Shown here: piece by piece, positions 25,490 through 35,723 of the stretch
Position numbering within the stretch: the first letter of the stretch is position 1
How the letters are laid out: each line of letters begins with the position of its first letter
Source of the DNA: Vicugna vicugna
Lineage: Eukaryota
Length of the DNA: 64,000 nt
Assembly (NCBI GenBank): GCA_013265495.1
Contig: MU057887.1
Location: 3,259,576-3,323,575 of the forward strand
Direction: 5' to 3'
Notes under the pieces: generated by a model
Seen by the model: the letters and a program-made list of their open reading frames with translations, nothing else
Databases searched by the model: none
What the model was told of the DNA's origin: nothing
Translations under genes and position numbers: made by a program

Positions 25490-26380
25490 GTGAGTGCTCT
25501 TCGGCGCCTTCTCTCTTTCGGTTTAGTCATTCTGAGAGCGCCCGCGACGTTCCGGGCTCAGTGGCCCGTCCCTCGTCAATGCTGGCAGCCTCCGGTGGTG
25601 TGCACGCCCGCGTCTCCTGACCCACGCCCTGTGGTCATTCTTTTTACTCCTGAAGAGTCTGGCAGGCGCGTTCCCTGGGGACCGGCGGCTGGAGCCCCCG
25701 CAGGTGCCCCTGTGCCCCCCGAGCCCCGCCTGGTCGCACCCACCACTCGTTTTTGTGAGCTGCGGGCTACCTACCACCGCCCTGCGAGGGCTCTCCGTCC
25801 GGGCTGGTTCAGGTTCCCATGAGACCCGCGACGTGCGAATGTTCCCTCCCGGGCTGCGGCTTGCGTTTTCATGCTGTCCGTAGTGTATTTCAAAGAGCAG
25901 GAGTTCTTGTTTCTGATGAATTTTGGGGAAATGGCCTTTTGTAGCGCATGCTTTTGGTTTTATGCCTAAGAAATGTTTGCCTAACCCCGGCACGAATGTT
26001 TTCTCCTTTGTTTGTAAGTTTCATTCAGACCGTGCACTTGGGTCTGGGGCCCACTCTGAGGTGACGTCTCTGGTGCAAGTTACAGACAGACGTTCGTTTT
26101 GGGTGCAGTGATGTGTGTTCACCTGCCGCAACGCAAGTGGCCGAGAGCACCGTTTCCCGTGTGCTGAGCCGGGTCTGCGCCCCCGGTGGGGACCAGGTGC
26201 TGCCTTTGCAGGGTCTGTGACTGCTCCTTCGATCTGTTTATCTTTATTGCAGGATTTTGTTCGTCCCATTGATCTGTTTGTGCACATTTATGCCAGGACC
26301 ACTTTGCTCTGATCGCTGTAACTTTATAAGAAGTCGTGAAATCAGGTGGCATTAGCCTCCGGTTTTGTCCTTTTCAAACC
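25490..26380 (-). mobile_element. Old LINE-1 ORF2 3' half remnant
   Basis: 'tttcaaagagcaggagttcttgtttctgatgaa', 'atgcttttggttttatgcctaagaaatgtttgcctaaccc' and 'cccattgatctgtttgtgcacatttatgccaggaccac...ctgtaactttataagaagtcgtgaaatcagg' are standard antisense L1 ORF2 blocks. Confidence 0.8.
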
Positions 26381-27140
26381 TGCCTGGTTATTGATTCATC
26401 TTTCTTCTCATACGTCGCGGTTTTCAATTTCTTGGCATGGCTTTACTTTTTTTGTTTGGACACTGTGAGTTTTATCAGATGCTTTTGTGATCCTGCAAAT
26501 GTTCTTGAGTTTGGGTCTGGGATGCAGGTAAGGTCCTTGGAAACAGTTTGTCGTTTGGGTTTTGCCTTAAGGTTCATTCACAGGACAACAGGAGTACACA
26601 GTGTGGGACCAGTCATCCCCTCTTCCTGGAGACGCAGGGCCTCCGGGTCCTCCACCCAGCGCCTGAACTGTGAAGCCAGCTGTCGGGGCCGGCTGGTGGT
26701 GTCCCTGCCTGAGCACCTGGCGTGGGGCCCGTTCTCGCCCGAAGACCTTCCCAGTGTGGGTGTCTGATACACACTCGAGGGGCCCTCTGCAAACCCCCAG
26801 GCTTCTTTCTGCCCATCTCTGATCTCCGGGGCACCATGTCTCATGAAATCCAGATGCAGTGGTCTCTCTAGACCCTCAGCTCCACTTCCTCAGCTCGGGG
26901 GGCGGGGCTGCCAGTTTTGACGGACCTCCGCCCACCCTTCAGGTTCCCCCGCCTGCACAGCCCCCAGGGGCTTACCTGGGCTCCCTTGGGATCCAGCTGG
27001 TGTCTGAGCGGGGGTCACCCTTCATTGCCTGGTGTCCAGCGTCTTGAGAAGCATTGTTTCATACAGAGCTTCTGTTCCTGTGTTCTTTGTTTTTTTCAGA
27101 TGGGAAAGTAAATCTGGTTCCTGTTACTCCATCCTTGTTG
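26380..27140 (-). mobile_element. Old LINE-1 5'UTR (L1MC4-like)
   Basis: 'aaatgttcttgagtttgggtctgggatgcaggtaaggtccttggaaacagtttg', 'actcgagggggccctctgca', 'ccttcattgcctggtgtccagcgtcttgagaagcattgtttcata' and 'gtaaatctggttcctgttactccatc' match the recalled antisense 5' end. Confidence 0.75.
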
Positions 27141-27617
27141 AGCACTATTTTTAACAGAAGAAAAACAGCCTGAAAACAGCCTAAATACCCACCCACAGCA
27201 GAATGTAAAAATACAGCGCCCCTGAAAGCCAGCAACCCAGAGCCGCGAAAATACGGTATTCACCTCAGTGTGAATGAATCTTACACGTGGTCTTGGGCAA
27301 AGGAGCAATTCAAAGAATGATGAACATACACGTCTTCCCCTTGCGGGTCAGAGGAGACAGCGATAAGCACGGGTCGTCGGGAATGCGCTGAGAGGAGAGA
27401 CAGCCTTAGAGAAACGAGGGCACAGCGAGCACACGGCGCAAGAAGCCAGCTCTTCAGGGCGAAGCGGGTGACGCGGTGCGCGGGGCACGCCGGCGGCCAC
27501 GTGGGCCGGGCCAGCGTCTGCCGAGCCGGGTGATGCGCCGCACGTTTTGCAGCTCAAGCTGCTGGGGGCTCTTGGGGACGCAGGCAATGAGGCGTCTGTT
27601 TATTTAAGTTACGTTAA

Positions 27618-27676
27618 ACTGAACCCAGGGCCTCGTGTGTCTGCGCGCGCCCTGCCACTGAACTGTACCCTCTCCC
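27618..27676 (-). mobile_element. tRNA-derived SINE 5' fragment (camelid Vic-1-like)
   Basis: Reverse complement 'gggagagggtacagttcagtggcagggcgcgcgcagacacacgaggccctgggttcagt' shows pol III A-box-like (tacagttcagtgg) and B-box-like (gggttcag) elements and resembles the camelid SINE head. Confidence 0.7.
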
Positions 27677-29316
27677 TTCAATTATTATTTTAAAATTCAA
27701 CAAACTTCCCTTCACATTAAAAGGGGAGTTTGCACAAACTATAAAAAACTAAGTTCCCCTATTTGCCACTTACAGAGCACATGCCTAAAACACAATGAGC
27801 ATTTTTAATGAGCAAAGTTAACAGGCAAGTAGAGAAGGGAGGTGGAGGTGAGCACACGGTAACAGTATTCCGGGAGACGCTGACCCATGCACTTCTGTGC
27901 TTGACGCAACAACTGGGCAGAAGTGAGACTGCCGAAGTTCCAACCATGTAATTAAGAAACAATTCATTTCTTTTAATTGTGCTGAAAAGATTTCAAAAAA
28001 TGAATCGTACACTATGCTGCAAATTTAAAGAAAACACAGCTCGGCGACGCGACAAGTCAGGAATGAACCAGAGAATTTCCCCGGTGGTGTCAAAGCAATG
28101 ACAGAGGAGGTCTGCAAGCAAAACTGTACCTAAAAACGCCAAGAGCCGGGGACTGAGGGGAGGCACGCCGCCTCCGCTCTGCGACAGGGGGTAGGCGCTG
28201 TGTTAGGGTTGCTCAGGCCCGGCGAGGAGGGCGGCGTTACCTGGGAACCTGTCATCCACACGAGTGTTTTTCACTTGTCTGTGTGTCTCCTCCCCCTTCT
28301 TTCATTGTCAGCTGCATTTTTATTGTCGATTTGAAGGATGTGTGTGTGTGTGTGATCTTAATCCAGGAAAGCTTCAAGAGTCTAGAAGTTCAGTTCCACT
28401 TAACACTGCTGGCTCAGCCCAGGCCCGTCACCCAGCAGGGGCGGCAGAGTGAGGCCCTGGCTCCCCGTCCTGGGGCTGCAGAAGGAGCGGGGAAGCAGGT
28501 GTGGGCTGATCAGGCAGCAGGCGAGCGCGATCACACGTGGCCCCTGCTTCACGGTCTCCTCCTGCCCTCTCTCTCATCATCGACCCTGGGGGCTGATTCC
28601 TGAGAGGCCGCCCTCCCCAGAGCAGAGGGCAGCTGGCGCCCACGAGAAACGCGGGCAAGGCACCCAGAAAACTGAGGCGTTAACTCCTGTCAACAAGGAA
28701 GACCAAGAGCACGTGAGAGGACGGGGAGGAGCTGAGATGAGGAGAACTCACGAAGAGGAAGCTGGGGAGACCCTGGGCGTGAAAATGTGACACTTGAGAT
28801 AAAAACGAGCAAGCGTGGTGAGTGGCAGAACGGGCACGGGGCGTGGGGTGAGCGTGAGCGCGGAGACGCCGGGGGCTCGCACCCCAGGCATCCCGGGGAA
28901 GCCTGAGGGCACCGACGGCAAAGAGGGTCACAGAGCCGCAGGGGACCCACACCGCGTGTCTGCCTTCAGCGTCCTCGGTGCTGAAGAAAAGAGCCCTCAA
29001 TTCAGACACTTGTCCCCTGGTCGTGGTACTTCCGTGTGAGTGAAAGAAGTAAAACACTAAACAACTCTTAACTCCCTCGAATGTAATCAGCAAATGCAGA
29101 GAACTCACGAGCCACGTGGGGAGTCGGGGACCTAATATCTGGAGGCGATTTTTGTCTTACAGCATAAAAAATAAACCAAGCCAGGGAAGCAGGACAGAGA
29201 GGGGCGCTCGTGACAACGCAGGGCGGGACGGGACCGTGTGGAAACAGGTGACTGTAAAAACTGAGGAGGCGAAACCCAACAGCAGTAGGTGAGTGTGGGT
29301 GTGGATGTGGGTGTTT

Positions 29317-29340
29317 TATAGTATAGTATAGTATAGTATA
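29317..29340. repeat. (TATAG)n pentanucleotide microsatellite
   Basis: tatagtatagtatagtatagtata. Confidence 0.9.
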
Positions 29341-31656
29341 CTGTATTATAGTGTATTTAAGCATGATATTTCCTAACTAGATAAATAGGCAGATGATGGG
29401 AAACACGTTGAGAAACGCCCATGCCAACTGGTTTTCAGCGGCTTCCTCCCCAAAGGAGGGCTGCGGTCTGAAACTTCAAAATAAACGGTGCCGGTGTTCA
29501 CTGCGGGCTGCAGTCAGGACGTGCTGGCCGCGCGGGGACCACGCTCGTCCCTCTGCTCCTTGGTCCCACGGGCGGGACGCGTCTTCTCCGGCTCACAGGG
29601 CCCAAGACGGCCCGGCCACGCCAGGACCCCGGCAGGAGCCAGCACCACTCTGTTTTGTGTTTTCCGGCCCAGCGAGGAAAATCGCAGGCAAGAGGCTCCC
29701 ATTAGAGCGGTCGTAGTCAATTAATCTTCAGTTATTGGGCAAACCAGTGAAAGACGGCCTCCTCCGGGAAAACCCCCGTGGAGCTCAGCGAGCTGCCCGT
29801 CTCTGTGGCTCTTCCCCACCATAAATCAGACGCCTGCACCTTTCCGAGGCGTGGAGCGAGTAATTAAGCTGTCCATAAAGGCAGCGACGCCGTAACAGGG
29901 TTTAATCGTGTGTGAATCCGCAGCTCAGGGGGTCGCGGGAGCCCGTGGGAAGTTCCCACCTTAGCCACACACCCCGACCCCGCACTGGGCAATGCCACAC
30001 GGGCCGCTTCTGCTCCGAGGTGGAGCCCCTGCAGTGGGTCCTGGACACGACTGGGACATTTGAGGCCACTGTGATTACCACCTGGCCACGCCCACCAACC
30101 CATGGCACCGAGTTCCAATGCAGCCACTTGGTCCCTGGTCCCGCCCCACCAGGGGGACCACACGTCCTGCCGCACCGTGTCCCTCCATAGTCCCAGGGCA
30201 CCGCTGGTCCTCCCTGAATCCCAGGCTGTCCACCGGAAGGTGACCGACAACCACACAGACTCCGGGCTCCCTGAGGGGGTGGACGGGAGCCCTGGGGGAG
30301 GTCAGACCACATCCGTAACCACTCGTGGTCACTTGGAACAACTTTGCACAAAACTGCAAATAAATCGGGGGACAAGCCCCAGCCCCTGCCCTCCCGGAGA
30401 GAGACAGCCAGGTCGGGGGAAGTCCTGCCCAACGTGAGCTGGGGTCTGGGTCCCCCACTTGCTCCCACGCCCCAAGCCTAGTCCACCAGGAAATCAGCTT
30501 CGCCTCCAGAAATGTCCAGAATGCAGGTCCTTCTGGTCACTTCCACTGCCCTCACCCAAGTGCACCTCCAGAGCCTGGGACTCCCAGCAGCCCCGCCACC
30601 AGCCAGGCTTCCCGGGCTGCTCCCACCGCAGCCGCAGGGGGCCCGTCCCGGGAACCCAGGCCCTGGTCCCCCTCCACCCCTGCCTCTCGCCTCCGGGGCC
30701 ATCATGGTCAGCCCCGAGTCCTCCCTCACCTCCCCTGGACTCTCCCTGGACCCAGCAGGCAGGCTCCTGCCCTGGGGCCCTGGCCCAACAGCCTCCCCCT
30801 GGGATGCTCACTCCCTCACCTCTTGCCGGTCTTTGCACAAGTGACCCCTCCTCCAAGACTCCCACCTCACCCCTGGGAGCACAAACCCTGCTCTCCCACA
30901 GCCCAGCACTCCGGCCGATGGACAAATGACCAAACAGATGGACAAATCAGGGCAGCAAGAGGGAATTGCGGGTGGGACGGGCTCCGAGAGACCCTGGCAT
31001 GAGGTCAGGGCTTGGAGCGACCGCTCCCCAGGCCACGCAAAGTTCAGACCTGAGCCAGGGTGGTCAAGTCAGGAAGCGGGGATGTGGCAGGATACTTGGT
31101 GCTCAGGACCGGAGAGGACAGGGCTGGTGATGGTGGTGGATGTAGGGGACTGAGGAGGTGTGTGCAGGGACCGGGAGGAGACCTGCCTTCTGCAGAAAGT
31201 GGAGGAGAAAGAAGACAGATCCTAAACAGACATTTCTCCAATGAAGACAACTGGCCAACAGGCCCATGAAAAAGTGCTTGACATCACTAATCATCAGAGA
31301 AATGCAAATGCAACTACAGTGAGGTGTCACCTCACACCAGTCAGAATGGCCATCATTCAAAAATTCACAAATGACAAATGCTGGAGAGGCTGTGGAGAAA
31401 GGGGAACCCTCCTACACTGCTGGTGGGAATGCAGTTGGGTGCAGCCACTGTGGAAAACAGGATGGGGATTCCTCAGAAGACTAGGAATAGACTTACCATA
31501 TGACCCAGGAATCCCACTCCTGGGCATATATCCAGAAGGAACCCTACTTCAGGATGACACCTGCACCCCAGTATTCATAGCAACACTATTTACAATAGCC
31601 AAGACATGGAGACAGCCTAAATGTCCATCAACAGGTGACTGGATAAAGAAGTGATA

Positions 31657-31664
31657 TAGATAGA

Positions 31665-31702
<38 letters not shown>

Positions 31703-31766
31703 CACAGACAGACACACAGACACACAGACACACATATATATCTATATAGAGAGATATACACACACA
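31657..31766. repeat. Compound microsatellite (TAGA)7(CAGA)4 then CA/CAGA/TA mix, inside L1
   Basis: Read directly from the sequence. Confidence 0.95.
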
Positions 31767-31933
31767 ATGGAATACTACTCAGCCATAAAAAAGAATAAAA
31801 TAACACCATTTGCAGCAACATGGATGGACCTGGAGATCGTCATACCAAGTGAAGTAAGCCAGACAGAGAAAAATACCATATGAGATCGCTCACATGTGGA
31901 ATCTAAAAAATGACACAAATGATTTTATCTACA

Positions 31934-32033
31934 AAACAGAAACAGACTCACAGATACAGAAAACAAACTTATGGTTACTGGGGAAACAGAAACAGACTCA
32001 CAGATATAGAAAACAAACTTATGGTTACTGGGG
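31934..32033. repeat. Tandem duplication, 2 x 50 bp, within L1 3'UTR
   Basis: aaacagaaacagactcacagata(c/t)agaaaacaaacttatggttactgggg occurs twice with one mismatch. Confidence 0.95.
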
Positions 32034-32351
32034 CGGAAAAGGGTGGGGAGGGATAAACTGGGAGTTCAAGATTTGCAGATACTAACTACTGTATATAAAC
32101 AGATAAACAACAGAGAACTACTGTGCAGCACAGGGAACTATATTCAATTGCTTGCAATAACCTATAATGCAAAAGAACATGAAAAGGAATATATATGTAT
32201 GTATAACTGAATCGCTCTGCTGTATGCCAGAAACACAATGTTGTAAAAAGTAATTGAAGAAGACCGGTCCGCGGTGCCCGTGGCCGGCGGCGCTGTGCTG
32301 GCCGCGTCAGCAGTCCTGGTCCAGAGCTCAGGGAAGCTGGTATGTGTGCGT

Positions 32352-32430
32352 GTCCTGTATCTGCCGTGACGAATTACCACCAACTCAGCAGCTTAAACAA
32401 CAACTTTTGTCATCATCCGGCTCTGTGGGT
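32352..32430 (-). mobile_element. MaLR (MLT1) LTR terminal fragment
   Basis: 'ctgccgtgacgaattaccaccaactcagcagcttaaacaacaac' resembles the antisense MLT1 end (gctgctgtaacaaattaccacaaacttagtggcttaaaacaacac). Confidence 0.6.
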
Positions 32431-32739
32431 CACAGCCATGAGAACGGTCCTGGGGTGGAGACCAGCGCAGGCCCTCACACCAGGGTTTTCAGTGGAGGAA
32501 GGGGCCCAGTACATCGTGGGCGGCGGCAGAAGGCGGCATTGGCTTTTTATGAAATGACTGTAGAGTAACCATCATGTCATGAGAGTCCCAACTCTGCAGA
32601 CCCCGCGTGTGCCACTGTCCTGTATAACCTGGGTTTTCTTGCACTGTGTGTCATAAATCTGTTGCCCTGTGACAACTTCTAATTTTCAAAACGTTATTTT
32701 TCGTAACTCATGCCGGTGCTGAGTCCGCGGCTGGAGCTG

Positions 32740-33130
32740 GGCTGAGAGGATCGGGGCGCACATGGCGGACAGGGTGCCACGCCTGCCTGAGCCCCAGGCC
32801 TGTGCTCCAGGGCAAAGGCCGTTGTCCTGGGTCGTCAAGTGAGCCCCGTGTCCTCGCAGGGTCCTAGGACTGGGAGAGGGAGGCTGAGGAGAAGCGGAGA
32901 CTCGGAAGATGGAGGCGGGATGGGGAGTCCAGGAAGGCGGGGCCCTGAGAAGCTGGGGGGGCAAGCTCTCCCCGGAGCCTCCAGGAGGAGCTCGGCCCTG
33001 CCCACACCTCGATCTTAGCCCAGAGAGACCCGTTTTCAACCTCTGAGCTCCAGAGCTAGAAGACGATGCATTTTGCCATTCAAGCCGCTGTGTTTGCAGG
33101 AACGGGCCGGGGTGGCCCAGAGAACCAGCC
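32740..33130 (+). mobile_element. MaLR solo LTR (MLT1D-like)
   Basis: 'ctctcccggagcctccaggaggagctcggccctgcccacacctcgatcttagcccagagagacccgttttcaacctctgagctccagagct' is the characteristic MLT1 3' half. Confidence 0.8.
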
Positions 33131-35651
33131 CAGTGCGTAACCAGTGGCAACCCTACCGACTATCCCTGAGCTCCTTTTGTACGACAGGCACAGCACGGGG
33201 ACAGAGACGGGGCGGGCCGTGGGCGCTCGGGGCAGGGGCCGCGATGCCGGGTTGTGGTGAGCCTGGGTGAAATGGGAGCCGCCCCACCACCGACACGCCG
33301 CCTACGTCCCGACCTGTGGCCAGCAGAGGGTGGGTCTTCCTTCCCCCCCCTCCGGGAGGCGTCAGCCCAGCTGAGAAGTATTTAGGAACAAAACTGGTGA
33401 GACCCGGCTGTGCCCCACCGGCCGCAGGGACGTGGGAGAGGACGGGTCCAGAGCGGTGCCCGGCGTGCAGGCTGGCGGACAGCATGGAGGAGGGGGCGGT
33501 GAGCGGGAGAGTGCTGGGCAGCCCAGGCTTCAGGGGAGGGACCTCGGGGCTGCCTTGGGGTCCACTGCAGGGCGGGGTTGTGCCTGTAGATCAGTGGACG
33601 TTCCCTGTGGGAAGACGCCTGGCCTGTTCATGAGGATTTGAGCTGCGTCAACACAGACATGGAACCCAGGGCCAGGTTATAGGATGAAAAGGCCAAACTC
33701 GGCAGGCAACGTGCTGGGAGAACAGGCTGGCGATCCACTCGGGCCCCTGGACATGTAACCGAGACACCAGAGCGCGGCAGGCAGATGCGTGAAGCAAAGG
33801 GCGGGGGTGCGTGAGGAGCGTGGGCTGGTGGGAGGCCCAGGAGGGAAGGGGTCGGAGCAGCCTACGCAGCCGGCTGTGTGCGCATGGAGACACGTGCCTG
33901 GACTCGGAAATCAACGTCCACTTGCTGCTAACACCCTGCCGGGCACAAGGCTGCCGCGGTGGCATCTTCAGAGCTGGGCTGACCATGGGAGCTGCCGAGG
34001 TGGGGGATGGGACGAGGGGTGGGAGGTGCCCAGTGCCCTGCATCCTTCCTCTGAAAACGCAGAGGGAGGGAGGGGGCCCTTGTTTGGGGACTGAAGAAGC
34101 CAGACCAGCGGACATCAGGGGACAAGCAAAGATGGGCGTCCTGGGCCCAGGATGGAGGCCAGGTGAGGACCTTGTGGGCGCAGAGGGAGTGAGATGGGAA
34201 GAAACTTCGGGAAGCCTCGTGGGCCCCACACGGAGCCCTGGGGACGACCCCGTGGGAATAGACCTGTGACAGCGGCGTGCCCTTCTCTCTGACCAACGTC
34301 TTCACCTCTGACTGCCCAGCCGCCCCTCCTGCCCCTGCCCCTGCCCTGCAGAGCCAACGGATCATTGGTCGAACAACGGGCTTAGCTGGGTATTCATGAA
34401 CCCTGGAATTTCACGCTTTGATCAACGCACGGGGCTGCCTCAGGTGGATTTATTTTCGCAAAAGCATCACGCCCACCCTGCGAATCTGGGCGTCCATATG
34501 CTTCAGAGCGGGCCTGCCATCTGCGCCCTGATCTCCTTTCAGCTCGTGATTGGCTGGACGGACCCGCAGGTGCCAGGGAGGGGCGCTGCCCCCGAGCTGC
34601 CCACCTGCCCACGCAGAGCGGGGGTGGTGGTGGGGGGTCCTGGCTTTTCGGGATAATTGAGTGTGACACGTCCTGCCCCAGGTGGATGCGGACAGACAGT
34701 GGCGAGTGAGGCGGGGCGCCCCGGGCTCCCAGGCATCTGTCTGAGGGACCTGAGAGCGTGTTCCTAGTCAGAAACTCAAAAGAGCCGCGGTGACAGCAGG
34801 AACGTGGCCAAGCCCACCCTCTGGAGCCCGGGCTCTGCAGCGGTGATGAAATACACAAAGCACAAAACGTACCCCCGGGGACGTTTGGTCCATTCACATG
34901 TGGTGTAACCGGCACCACCGCCTAGTGCCAGGACGTTTCATCTCCCCAGAAGGAGGCTGGGCACCGCAGACCTGCCGTCAGGTCAGAGGAACCCCCGGGG
35001 TCCCAGTCCCGGTCCTCACCGGACTACCCGTCCACGCCCACACTGGCTGGACCCAGCCCTCCCCGCGGGGCCGCCAGGACGGCAGGGACCCAGCAAAGCC
35101 CTCCAGGGACACCCGAGGAGCCGCATGATGAAGGGAAGCCCGGTCCCAGCGTCACTCGGGAGGAGCGGCTCAGAGCTTAAGTGGGAGTGGGAGCCACGAT
35201 CCCCCTTCCCCGGGGGGGGGCCTGCAGGCCACCAGCTCCTGCACTGAAGGGGCTCTGTTCCTGCCCAGTTGTGCTGGGACCGAGTGAGGCAGGGGCGCTT
35301 GGTGTCACCCCTCCTGGACCCCACCTTCCCTGGGGGAAACGGCTGTAAGCAGGATCAGGGTCAGCGCGGAGGGACCAGGCGCTGCATCCAGGCTCCGGAG
35401 CCGGCCGTGGTGGGCGACCCGGCCAGCAGGCCTGGAGGAGGCGGGCCCGTCTGCACGCCCAGGCCCTATGAAGACACCAGGGCTTGGGGTCCGGGAGAAA
35501 TCGCCCCCCAGCTCCCGCGGGACACCCGGGGGCCAGGGGCAGAAAGCCTAGGAAAGCAGGTTGCTGGGAGCACCAACTCCCCTCCCAAGACACCCAGGAG
35601 GGGCCGGGCCTCAGACCTGCACCCTCACGAGGGAGGCAGGAGCAGGGCCGT

Positions 35652-35723
35652 GACGGTGGGCGGTGGTGGACGACGGTGGGCGGTGGTGGACGGTGGTGGG
35701 CGGTGGTGGACGGTAGGTGGTGG
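35652..35723. repeat. G-rich minisatellite, ~3.5 x 20 bp (GACGGTGGGCGGTGGTGGAC)
   Basis: Units start at 35652, 35672 and 35692, followed by a partial unit. Confidence 0.9.

Larger units (their letters stand above)
31215..32250 (+). mobile_element. 5'-truncated lineage-specific LINE-1: ORF2 C-terminus plus 3'UTR (best-preserved L1 in the window)
   Basis: ORF 31241-31654 gives [12 protein letters not shown]...[19 protein letters not shown]...[14 protein letters not shown]...TLFTIAKTWRQPKCPS..WIKK, the L1 ORF2p cysteine-rich C-terminus. It is followed by a cetartiodactyl-type 3'UTR. Confidence 0.95.

Noticed and set aside
24676..25530. 284-aa minus-strand ORF
   Set aside because: Crosses a degenerate L1 fragment in antisense and has no domain signature.
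27618..27676. tRNA gene
   Set aside because: Only a degenerate 5' portion with A/B-box-like motifs and no complete cloverleaf. Better explained as a tRNA-derived SINE.
31241..31654. ORF with a Cys/His-rich motif as a host zinc-finger gene
   Set aside because: It is the C-terminal region of L1 ORF2p in a 5'-truncated copy, ending in a premature stop before a microsatellite. It cannot encode an active element.
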